This document shows positions 21,121 through 28,874 of a DNA stretch of 32,000 nucleotides, piece by piece; position 1 is the stretch's first letter; the number at the start of each line of letters is the position of its first letter. A program made the translations under genes and the position numbers. The stretch is taken from positions 930,001 through 962,000 of the forward strand of contig NC_017080.1 of NCBI RefSeq assembly GCF_000284115.1, given 5' to 3'. The notes under the pieces are model-generated. The model saw only the letters and a program-made list of their open reading frames with translations. It had not been told where the DNA came from and did not search any database. Source of the DNA: Phycisphaera mikurensis NBRC 102666. GTDB lineage: Bacteria > Planctomycetota > Phycisphaerae > Phycisphaerales > Phycisphaeraceae.

Positions 21121-22739
21121 CGCGGAGACGGTATCCGCGGCGTTGAAGGTCCATTCGAAAGGGTAGAGTTGCGACACCTTCTCCCGGCCATCCTCGCCCT
21201 CCGGCCGCTCGTGATCACCCACACCGACATCCGCCGCCACCGGCCCACGCTCTTGATCGGCCCGCGGGTGGGGGCCCAGGGCGAGCCCTTCCGCGCCACC
21301 TTCAGCATCACCCGCAGCACCGCGTCGCGAAACCACGACATGCTCAAGTTCCTCTTCGGGGTGGAAGAGGAAGGCACGTACAACGTCCTCACGCTCTCGC
21401 ACAAGGGCGGGAGCCCGAGCGCGCCTTCGGGCAGCCGGCTCGACGACGCCTCCGGCGTGGGCGTCGCCGGCACCCGCACCGCCGCCAACGCCGTCAGCAC
21501 CCCGAACCCCAGCGACCGGGTCTGGGTCCGCGTGGCCTCCGACGGCGCCGCCGTGACCGCCAAGATGCTCCTCGACAACACCGGCCCGCCCAGCGAGGCC
21601 GCCTGGTCCGGCGCCGGCGAGGCGTACCGCAGCACCGCCTTCCCGATGAACGGCGGGCGGGTGGGCTTCCGCTCTGCCTACGGCGTCGCCTTCGTCCGGC
21701 ACTTCACCCTCGAGACCGACCACGACAACGACGGTTCCTGGACCCGCGAGTACGACGCCCTCATCGACCACCCCGGCGGCCACGCCACGATCCGGTACGA
21801 GCACGACGCCGCGGGCAACCTCACCTTCGACGGCGTGTTCTCCTACGCCTACGACGCGGTCGCCGATCCAGGCGACCGAAGGCTGGCGCCTCCGAGGCTG
21901 AAGCCAGCTTCCTTGTCCATCCGGCTGGTCAGCGTCCGCAACGCCTACCGCGAGGCTGGTGCCAGCCAGAGCGTGCAGGAGGGCTCGGTCGTCACCGCCA
22001 TGGCCTACGACGGCCTGGGCCGGCGGACCACCCGAGCCGTCCAGAACAGCGGGAACCTCGACTTCACCCACCACGCCTACTTCGACGGCCAGCGGCAGGT
22101 CGAGGAACGCAACGGCTCGGACCTGGTGCTCCGTCAGCAGGTCTGGGGCCTGGACTACATCGACGAGCTGGTGAGCACTTCGCTGAACTTCGACCCCACC
22201 GACACCACCGAGAGCGTCTGCGAGCGGCACTTCTACGCCCTCCACGACAGCCAGTACAACATCCTGGGCATCGTCGCCGCCGGCGGCGCCCTGGTGGAGC
22301 GATACGAGTACACGCCCTACGGACAGAGGCAGGTCTACGGGAGTGGGTGGCTGCCATACGATCTCGATGGCAACGGGGTGGTGGATCAAGCAGACGCCGA
22401 CGTCGTAGACGCAGGGCGGTACGGGCCCGACGATTCGTCTTCCTACATCGCGGATGTATCGGGAGACGGTCAGGTCGACGACAACGACTACTACCCCGTC
22501 CTCTACAGCGGAGCCTACCCGTTCCTGGGGCTCCAGATCCTGCCGCAGAACGACCTGAAGGCGTACACACCGCGGCTGGGTAGCTTCGCCGGTCGTCTCG
22601 CCTCCGAAGGTGCCGGCAGCAGCTTGAACCCCTTCGGCCACCAGGGCCTCCACCACGACGAGGCCACCGGGCTCATCTACAACCGGGCACGCATGCTCCA
22701 CCCCACGCTGGGCAGGTTCGTGCAGAGAGATCCGCTGGG
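21091..22739 (+). repeat. Direct repeat A1 (ruvX 5' end plus RHS core), partner of 26079-27691
   Basis: Near-identical apart from a 57-nt net insertion near 21859-21920 and a divergent internal segment around 22349-22626. Confidence 0.9.
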
Positions 22740-23313
22740 GTATGTGGATGGGGCCAATCAATATCTCTACCACCCAGCTCTTCATGGAGGAACTGATTGG
22801 ACAGGGACCCGGCGAGTTCCTCCATATTCGGTGCCTACTTACCAAGCGAGATCTACGGCGGAGGATGCTGGAAGCAATTCACTTCAGCCAGGTGAGTGGG
22901 GAGGTAATCGAGACGCAATCCGTCACTGCGTTCTGATGTGCGAGTTAGCGAAAGACTTCGGGCGTCAGGGTGCTATCGACTTCGGACATGCGTACGAGAC
23001 GGATAACGAGCCGACTCTGCCCGACGGAGCTCGAGGCGTTCAAGGATACGCAGACTATACAGCTTTTGTGCTACACGATCGGGCGATGGATCTACACAAC
23101 AATGAGGTGGGAGCTTCGATTGGCGAGGCTCTGAGTGACCTGCAAGACCTCGTTCCGGAATGCAGCCGAACTTGCGCAGACGCATGTGCCGATGCCTTGG
23201 ACAACGGAGCCCTGCTCGTAAATGTAGAAAACGGATATAAACTAGACTGGCATCCTGGTCAAGCTCCATGGGAACGTCCTCCGACGATTCCCGATGTTAA
23301 TGTGTTCCCCTAA
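21340..23313 (+). CDS. Short RHS/YD-repeat protein, copy 1, with internal dockerin/EF-hand-like segment and variable C-terminal tip
   Basis: YD-repeat pieces (IRYEHDAAGNLTFDG, MAYDGLGRRTTRA, YEYTPYGQRQVYG) and RHS core end LNPFGHQGLHHDEATGLIYNRARMLHPTLGRFVQRDPLG. Start codon uncertain: the frame is open upstream. Confidence 0.85.
   Translation: MLKFLFGVEEEGTYNVLTLSHKGGSPSAPSGSRLDDASGVGVAGTRTAANAVSTPNPSDRVWVRVASDGAAVTAKMLLDNTGPPSEAAWSGAGEAYRSTAFPMNGGRVGFRSAYGVAFVRHFTLETDHDNDGSWTREYDALIDHPGGHATIRYEHDAAGNLTFDGVFSYAYDAVADPGDRRLAPPRLKPASLSIRLVSVRNAYREAGASQSVQEGSVVTAMAYDGLGRRTTRAVQNSGNLDFTHHAYFDGQRQVEERNGSDLVLRQQVWGLDYIDELVSTSLNFDPTDTTESVCERHFYALHDSQYNILGIVAAGGALVERYEYTPYGQRQVYGSGWLPYDLDGNGVVDQADADVVDAGRYGPDDSSSYIADVSGDGQVDDNDYYPVLYSGAYPFLGLQILPQNDLKAYTPRLGSFAGRLASEGAGSSLNPFGHQGLHHDEATGLIYNRARMLHPTLGRFVQRDPLGYVDGANQYLYHPALHGGTDWTGTRRVPPYSVPTYQARSTAEDAGSNSLQPGEWGGNRDAIRHCVLMCELAKDFGRQGAIDFGHAYETDNEPTLPDGARGVQGYADYTAFVLHDRAMDLHNNEVGASIGEALSDLQDLVPECSRTCADACADALDNGALLVNVENGYKLDWHPGQAPWERPPTIPDVNVFP
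22741..23310 (+). other. RHS copy 1 C-terminal tip, putative effector domain resembling DUF6973-type RHS tips
   Basis: GGNRDAIRHCVLMCELAKDFGRQGAIDFGHAYETD...HDRAMDLHNNEVGASIG carries DAxRH, HAYE and MDLHNNEVG motifs. AT-richer than the core. Confidence 0.55.
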
Positions 23314-23389
23314 GAGGTCTTGTAAGTTCCGTGCAGGCGATTGGCCTAACGTAATCCTATGGCAGGATTCAAAAGTTTGGATGTAAGGC

Positions 23390-24001
23390 ATGATGTTTTT
23401 TAAAGGGGTCAGGGCAACGCTTGTACTTGCGGTTATATCTATCTGTGTTGCTGGAACAGCCTCGGTTTCCTGTTCCAATCATGGCGATCGCGCATCCGAG
23501 GCGAAGATTGATGTGACCACGAAGCGGGAAGATTGGAGCAGTTGGGCTCTACGCAGGGTTGTGATCGCGTCAGAGACCCCGGTTGACGAATCGGGCTCTG
23601 TCGGTTTCTCTATCGTGCAACCACGCAATTCTTTTGCACCTCAGGGCATAGGGATCTATCGTAGATTGAGCTGGGCGGAAAGCTACGAGAACCTCAGGAT
23701 TTTTGCAGCTATCAAGACTTACCGGGACTTGCGGTTGTCGCTCCATGTTGAAGGTGACCGAGATTCCGAGGGCGAGTATGGCAGCCTTGATTTTCGGATC
23801 CCTTTCCAGTGGGGATCAGCAGTGGTTGAAGTTAAGCGTGAGGAACGTTTAATCCTCGCTGAGTGCCAGGTCCCTTCTGATGTAGAATCCGTACTATTAT
23901 GGCTCCAGGTGGAAGACCCACAACCTGCAACATCGCCCAAACTAAACCAGAACGAGGGCGTTGACTTCGCCATATCCGGTCTAATCATCGTACTTGACTA
24001 A
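23390..24001 (+). CDS. Hypothetical exported protein downstream of RHS copy 1; candidate tip-associated (immunity?) gene
   Basis: 203-aa ORF with N-terminal signal-like segment MMFFKGVRATLVLAVISICVAGTASVSC. AT-richer like the adjacent tip. Function not recognised. Confidence 0.5.
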   Translation: MMFFKGVRATLVLAVISICVAGTASVSCSNHGDRASEAKIDVTTKREDWSSWALRRVVIASETPVDESGSVGFSIVQPRNSFAPQGIGIYRRLSWAESYENLRIFAAIKTYRDLRLSLHVEGDRDSEGEYGSLDFRIPFQWGSAVVEVKREERLILAECQVPSDVESVLLWLQVEDPQPATSPKLNQNEGVDFAISGLIIVLD

Positions 24002-24150
24002 GAAGCTGTTTCAAAACTCCCCATGATCATCCGCCGGTGGCAGATGGTGAGGCAGGCGAGGTCGTGCATGCCCTGAAAGTGGCTTCCGGTCCGCTCGTAG
24101 CAGACCTTCAACCGGCGGTCGTTCCCGAACCATGCCAATGCCCGCTCGGG
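23998..24150 (-). pseudogene. 3' remnant of an IS5-family-like transposase
   Basis: The reverse strand translates as ERALAWFGNDRRLKVCYERTGSHFQGMHDLACLTICHRRMIMGSFETAS followed by stop. This resembles the C-terminal ERxFAWLGRxRRL...ER...LACxLICxRR block of IS5-group transposases. The upstream part is absent. Confidence 0.6.
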
Positions 24151-24236
24151 AAGCAAGGGGTCAGGGAAGCAAGGGGAAGCAAGGGGTCAGGGAAGCAAGG
24201 GGGAAGCAAGGGGAAGCAAGGGGTCAAGCCCCTTGC
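24149..24236 (+). repeat. Tandem REP-arm tract (GGAAGCAAGGGG[TCAG])n ending in a perfect hairpin at 24216-24236
   Basis: Repeated GAAGCAAGGGG units, then GCAAGGGG-TCAAG-CCCCTTGC (8-bp stem, 5-nt loop). Confidence 0.9.
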
Positions 24237-24306
24237 AGAGGTGCTATGGTGCCGTCGCCGAGTCGCCTCCCGCTCCCCCGCTCTCTCGCACCCTCAACCG
24301 CTCCCC

Positions 24307-25398
24307 ATGGCCCGCTCCCTCCGCCACCAGATCCTGCCTGATGCCACCTGCGTGGTTCATGTTGTGTCGAAGATCTCGCGGTCGCTTCACTTGCTGGTGC
24401 CCGATGAGGATCGTGCCGGCGCCGGCGCCGGTGCCGTTGGCGACGCGGCCGAGCACCCCGACCTCCGCAAGGAGCTGCTGCTGCAGCGGCTGGAGACGCT
24501 GGCGGAGCAGACCTCGATCTCGGTGTGCGGGTTTGCGGTGATGGGCAACCACGTCCACCTGATCCTGCGGCGGGACAAGGAGGAGGCCGCGGCGTGGCCG
24601 GCGGCGGAGGTGGTGGGGCGGTGGCTTGCGTTGCACCCCAAGCGCAACCGGGCGCGGCAGCCGGTGGAGACGCCGGAGGAGGACGTGGCGGCGATGGTGG
24701 CGGACGAGGGACTGGTGGAGACGCTGCGTGCGAAGCTGTCGAGTGTCTCGCAATTCATGAAGGACCTCAAGCAGCGGACCGCGGAGGCGGTGAACAAGCT
24801 GGAGGGCCGCGGCGGGCGGCTCTGGGACGGGACGTTCAAGAGCAAGCTGATCGAGGACCAGGAGCAGCTGGTGGCGACGATGGTGTACGTGGACCTCAAC
24901 CCCTTCGCGGCGGGGGTGTGCGAGACGCCCGAAGAGGGCCGCCACACCTCGCTGGCGGGGCGGCTGGGGCGGGACGAGCCGGCGGGGGAGGTGAGCAAGC
25001 CCGCAGGATCCGCGGACCGCGACCGGGAGGAGGCCTCGGAGGCCGGCGGTCCGCGGGTTGGTCTGCGGTTGCCACGGCGGAGGTCCAGCGGGGCCTGGCT
25101 GCGGCCGCTGGACGAGTCGGCCAAGCGGGCGCGGGAGCGTGGGCAGCGGCGGCACCCGCGAGGGCGGGCGGGGCTCGAAGCGGAGGCCGCGGGAACGGTG
25201 AGCCCGGGGCTGTCGCTGCGGGTCTACCTGCGGATCCTCGACGCGGTCAGCCGCAAGCTGCGGGCGGGCAAGAAACGCCTTGCGGCGGGCATGGCAAGCG
25301 TCTTCGAGCGGCTGAACCTGGACGCCGACGCGGTGGTCGGGCGGGTGCTGGCGATGGCGCAGCGGGACGGGCTGGCGGTGGCGGGCCGGGGCAGCTGA
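24307..25398 (+). mobile_element. Y1/RAYT-like transposase gene, copy 1
   Basis: MARSLRHQILPDATCVVHVVSKISR...VCGFAVMGNHVHLIL (HxH)...SVSQFMKDLKQR...RLWDGTFKSKLIEDQEQLVATMVYVDLNPFAAG matches the IS200-like/REP-associated family pattern. Confidence 0.85.
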
Positions 25399-26009
25399 AC
25401 CGAGCTCGCCGGGGCCTGGCTACCTCGCAGGAGGCGTTGCTTCTTCCGAACGGATCCGCCGGGCTCGCCGGGGCCTACCCGGGCCTGCCCGGGCCTGCCC
25501 GGGCATCGCCGGGCGAGGGCTGTTGCGGTGACTGCGCCAGCCGCTTTGCAACGCAAGGCGGGCTCTTGTCCGGATCAGCGTCGATCCCCGAGGCGGCGTC
25601 GCCGGGCTCCGGCCCGCTCAGCGTTGCGAAGCGGCTGACGCTGTCAGCCCCGCCGGGATCTCGGTGGGCCTGCCTGGGAAGCTGCTCGGATCGTGGGGTG
25701 GCACACCGGAGATGCACGGCCTCGTGGTGATGGCGACGGATCGATCGGTGAACGCCGGGTTCTCGTTTCCGAGCCCGCGGCTCATCCGCTCGTCGGCCGG
25801 TTCCTTACCCTCTCCCTCATGCCGTCCCGCCTTCCAGCAGCCCTGCTGCTCGTTCTCCCGCTGCTGCTCCCGGCCTGCGTTGCGCCCATGTACGTGAACA
25901 TCCCCTCGGAGGGCGGCATCGCGGCGAGCGATCCGAACAGCTTCAACGTGCGGGACGTGGTGGCCGACTCGATCGCGGCGGCGGTGGAGCGGGAGCCGCT
26001 GGAGGGCGT

Positions 26010-26108
26010 CTACGAGATCTTGCTGCCCGAGGGCACCACGCAGGGGCAGCATGGGGTGAGGCCCCTTGCGTTTGTGTCGCCGAGGTCGATGGCGAGGAAG
26101 CGCGGCAC
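26010..26108 (-). pseudogene. ruvX 5' fragment, copy 2
   Basis: (V)PRFLAIDLG matches intact ruvX exactly, then diverges into DTNARGLTPCCPC; homology to the intact locus begins at 26079 (equivalent to 21091). Confidence 0.85.
26049..26069 (+). repeat. Imperfect REP-like hairpin (8-5-8, one mismatch)
   Basis: GCATGGGGTGAGGCCCCTTGC; the same arm (CCCCTTGC) and geometry as the perfect hairpins; 10 bp before the second ruvX fragment. Confidence 0.6.
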
Positions 26109-27691
26109 CGCGGAGACGGTATCCGCGGCGTTGAAGGTCCATTCGAAAGGGTAGAGTTGCGACACCTTCTCCCGGCCATCCTCGCCCTCCGGCCGCTCGT
26201 GATCACCCACACCGACATCCGCCGCCACCGGCCCACGCTGCTCATCGGCCCGCGGGTGGGGGCCCAGGGCCAGCCCTTCCGCGCGACCTTCAGCTTCACC
26301 CGCAGCACCGCCTCGCGGAACCACGACATGCTCAAGTTCCTCTTCGGGGTGGAAGAGGAAGGCACGTACAACGTGCTCGCATTCTCCCACAAAGGCGGGA
26401 GCCCGTGGGCGCCTTCAGGCAGCCGGCTCGAGGACGCCTCCGGCATCAGCGTCGCCGGCACCCGCACCGCCGCCCACGCCGTCAGCACCCCCAACCCCAG
26501 CGACCGGGTCTGGGTCCGCGTGGCCTCCGACGGCGCCGCCGTGACCGCCAAGATGCTCCTCGACAACACCGGCCCGCCCAGCGAGGCCGCCTGGTCCGGC
26601 GCCGGCGAGGCGTACCGCAGCACCGCCTTCCCGATGAACGGCGGGCGGGTGGGCTTCCGCTCTGCCTACGGCGTCGCCTTCGTCCGGCACTTCACCCTCG
26701 AGACCGACCACGACAACGACGGTTCCTGGACCCGCGAGTACGACGCCCTCATCGACCACCCCGGCGGCCACGCCACGATCCGGTACGAGCACGACGCCGC
26801 GGGCAACCTCACCTTCGACGGCGTGTTCTCCTACGCCTACGACGCGTGGAACCGGCTGGTCAGCGTCCGCAACGCCTACCGCGAGGCTGGTGCCGGCCAG
26901 AGCGTGCAGGAGGGCTCGGTCGTCACCGCCATGGCCTACGACGGCCTGGGCCGGCGGACCACCCGAGCCGTCCAGAACAGCGGGAACCTCGACTTCACCC
27001 ACCACGCCTACTTCGACGGCCAGCGGCAGGTCGAGGAACGCAACGGCTCGGACCTGGTGCTCCGTCAGCAGGTCTGGGGCCTGGACTACATCGACGAGCT
27101 GGTGAGCACTTCGCTGAACTTCGACCCCACCGACACCACCGAGAGCGTCTGCGAGCGGCACTTCTACGCCCTCCACGACAGCCAGTACAACATCCTGGGC
27201 ATCGTCGCCGCCGGCGGAGCCCTCGTGGAGCGGTACGAGTACACGCCGTATGGGCAGCGGCAGGTCTACGGGAGCGGAACCCTCAAGCTCGACGTCAACG
27301 GCGACGGGTCGCAGGACCAGGACGACACTGCGTTGGTGCAGGCGCTGGTGAACGATCCAACCCACCCCGACCACCACCTCGCCGACATTTACAGCGACGG
27401 GCAGATCAACCAGAACGACGTGAGCGCGATGGGCGAGATCTACGCCTTCGCCTACTACGACGGCCCCGAGGCCAACCACCTCGACCGCAGCGACCTCAAG
27501 CGTCTGACGCCCCGCCTCGGCACCACAAGGGGTCCCGCGTACGCAGCCTGGCTCACCGCTCCGGTCTACACCACGCTCAACCCCTTCGGCCACCAGGGCC
27601 TCCACCACGACGAGGCCACCGGGCTCATCTACAACCGGGCACGCATGCTCCACCCCACGCTGGGGAGGTTCGTGCAGAGAGACCCGCTGGG
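26079..27691 (+). repeat. Direct repeat A2, partner of 21091-22739
   Basis: Same comparison as A1; internal divergent segment around 27278-27578. Confidence 0.9.
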
Positions 27692-28331
27692 CAATCGCGT
27701 CTCATGGAGATCAGTGAGGCCGCGGTTTACCCGGAATCGAGAGGATGGAAGGACGATGATGGTTGTCTCTCGAGCTGAGGACATTGCTTACGTCCTGTAT
27801 CCACAACTACAATATTTTGCTGGGATGTCGCTGTACGAGTATGCGGCGAGTTCTCCGAGAAGCCTTGTTGATCCCACGGGCCTAGTACCGTGGCCCGCGA
27901 TCGTGGTGGGCACATGTTTAAATGAATCGACTGATCGATGCCAGATAATCTGGCACGATTACGATAATCCGAAGGATGGGGGCGATTTTGAGCTGCTGCG
28001 CCCCGGCGAAAGAAGCGGATCGAAGGATCGGTGCGACTACGTTTATCTGAATGGCGAGTGGTATAAGAATCGTTCTCGCTTGGTGTACGTAGCGGATTCT
28101 CCACTCGACCCATATGTGAAGTACAAGAAAACGCGGGGAGGGAAATATCTAAAGTCACCTTTATCTCCTGTAAGTCGCGCTCCGGATGGTCCTTGGTATC
28201 CAGGCAGAACTGGCAAGAAGCCCTCTAAGACTATCTGCGAAAAGTATTGCGAGTGCAATCTCTTGAGCGACCCCGCTCATCAAGGACCAGATTGTGATGA
28301 CGACTGCGTGAAGAGATGTGAGGATCTCTGA
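26328..28331 (+). CDS. Short RHS/YD-repeat protein, copy 2, with a different dockerin/EF-hand-like segment and different tip
   Basis: Core nearly identical to copy 1 from MLKFLFGVEEEGTYNVL through GRFVQRDPLG, then a non-homologous tip with MSLYEYAASSPRSLVDPTGL. The frame is open upstream to a TTG at 26157. Confidence 0.85.
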   Translation: MLKFLFGVEEEGTYNVLAFSHKGGSPWAPSGSRLEDASGISVAGTRTAAHAVSTPNPSDRVWVRVASDGAAVTAKMLLDNTGPPSEAAWSGAGEAYRSTAFPMNGGRVGFRSAYGVAFVRHFTLETDHDNDGSWTREYDALIDHPGGHATIRYEHDAAGNLTFDGVFSYAYDAWNRLVSVRNAYREAGAGQSVQEGSVVTAMAYDGLGRRTTRAVQNSGNLDFTHHAYFDGQRQVEERNGSDLVLRQQVWGLDYIDELVSTSLNFDPTDTTESVCERHFYALHDSQYNILGIVAAGGALVERYEYTPYGQRQVYGSGTLKLDVNGDGSQDQDDTALVQALVNDPTHPDHHLADIYSDGQINQNDVSAMGEIYAFAYYDGPEANHLDRSDLKRLTPRLGTTRGPAYAAWLTAPVYTTLNPFGHQGLHHDEATGLIYNRARMLHPTLGRFVQRDPLGNRVSWRSVRPRFTRNREDGRTMMVVSRAEDIAYVLYPQLQYFAGMSLYEYAASSPRSLVDPTGLVPWPAIVVGTCLNESTDRCQIIWHDYDNPKDGGDFELLRPGERSGSKDRCDYVYLNGEWYKNRSRLVYVADSPLDPYVKYKKTRGGKYLKSPLSPVSRAPDGPWYPGRTGKKPSKTICEKYCECNLLSDPAHQGPDCDDDCVKRCEDL

Positions 28332-28765
28332 TGCGGCCCGAACCTCAATCTTTAGCAGTTTCATTTTGGATGATGGTCGGCTGTCTCGCGGTTGTTATTC
28401 CATCAGCAATTTATAGCGGCCGAGAAGAACCTTTTTACGGCGTGCAGCCTGCGTGGGTATTCTTTTCTCAGATCGGTTCAGCAACCGGCGTCTTATTCGC
28501 GTCGCTCATCTCGGTCGTGTGCATTCCCTGGAGGCGCGTGTATGGAAACTATCGAGTACTTATCGCGTCAGTCGCTCTATGCATATCGAATCTCCTTGTA
28601 TCTGCATTAGGATGCTTCGTCGCTGCGACGTTTGTTGAGGACGTGAGGAACTATATTGCTATATTAGAGGCTCAAGATCTTACGTCGACCACCACGGAGA
28701 AGAAAGCTCATGGAGATCCGGGAGGGGAGAAACTCCCGCTTGTAGATATTGAGCGATCTCAGTAA
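28331..28765 (+). CDS. Small multi-pass membrane protein coupled to RHS copy 2; candidate immunity protein
   Basis: TGATG overlap with the RHS stop; hydrophobic segments LAVSFWMMVGCLAVVIPSAIY, GSATGVLFASLISVVCI, VLIASVALCISNLLVSALGCFVAATFV. Confidence 0.6.
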   Translation: MRPEPQSLAVSFWMMVGCLAVVIPSAIYSGREEPFYGVQPAWVFFSQIGSATGVLFASLISVVCIPWRRVYGNYRVLIASVALCISNLLVSALGCFVAATFVEDVRNYIAILEAQDLTSTTTEKKAHGDPGGEKLPLVDIERSQ

Positions 28766-28874
28766 GCGAGCGTCAATGCACAACCATACTTTCGACTTTG
28801 GCCTCCAATGGAGCCCCCGCCTCCTCCTCGGCGCCCTCACACTGCTTGCGCTCCCACCCGCGTCCGCCCAACTA

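Larger units (their letters stand above)
25819..26154 (+). pseudogene. Truncated lipoprotein gene, chimeric with the second ruvX 5' fragment
   Basis: MPSRLPAALLLVLPLLLPAC lipobox; the reading frame runs into sequence antisense to the ruvX 5' end (FVSPRSMARKRGTAETVSAALKVHSKG). Confidence 0.55.

Noticed and set aside
24149-24236. CRISPR array
   Set aside because: The repeats are short, overlapping and irregular, with no unique spacers of constant length and no cas genes in the window.
24244-25155. Antisense ORFs over the transposase copies (24244-25155 and 28983-29888)
   Set aside because: They appear in both copies only because the DNA is duplicated. Composition is that of a shadow ORF.
25470-25520. 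Short GCCTGCCCGGG tandem repeats downstream of transposase copy 1 as an element end
   Set aside because: Not found after transposase copy 2. A low-complexity GC-rich tract is the simpler explanation.
21340-28331. Full-length RHS/Tc toxin system with its own secretion apparatus
   Set aside because: Each RHS ORF is only about 660 aa. No PAAR, VgrG, T6SS or signal peptide was seen, so these are short or orphan RHS modules.
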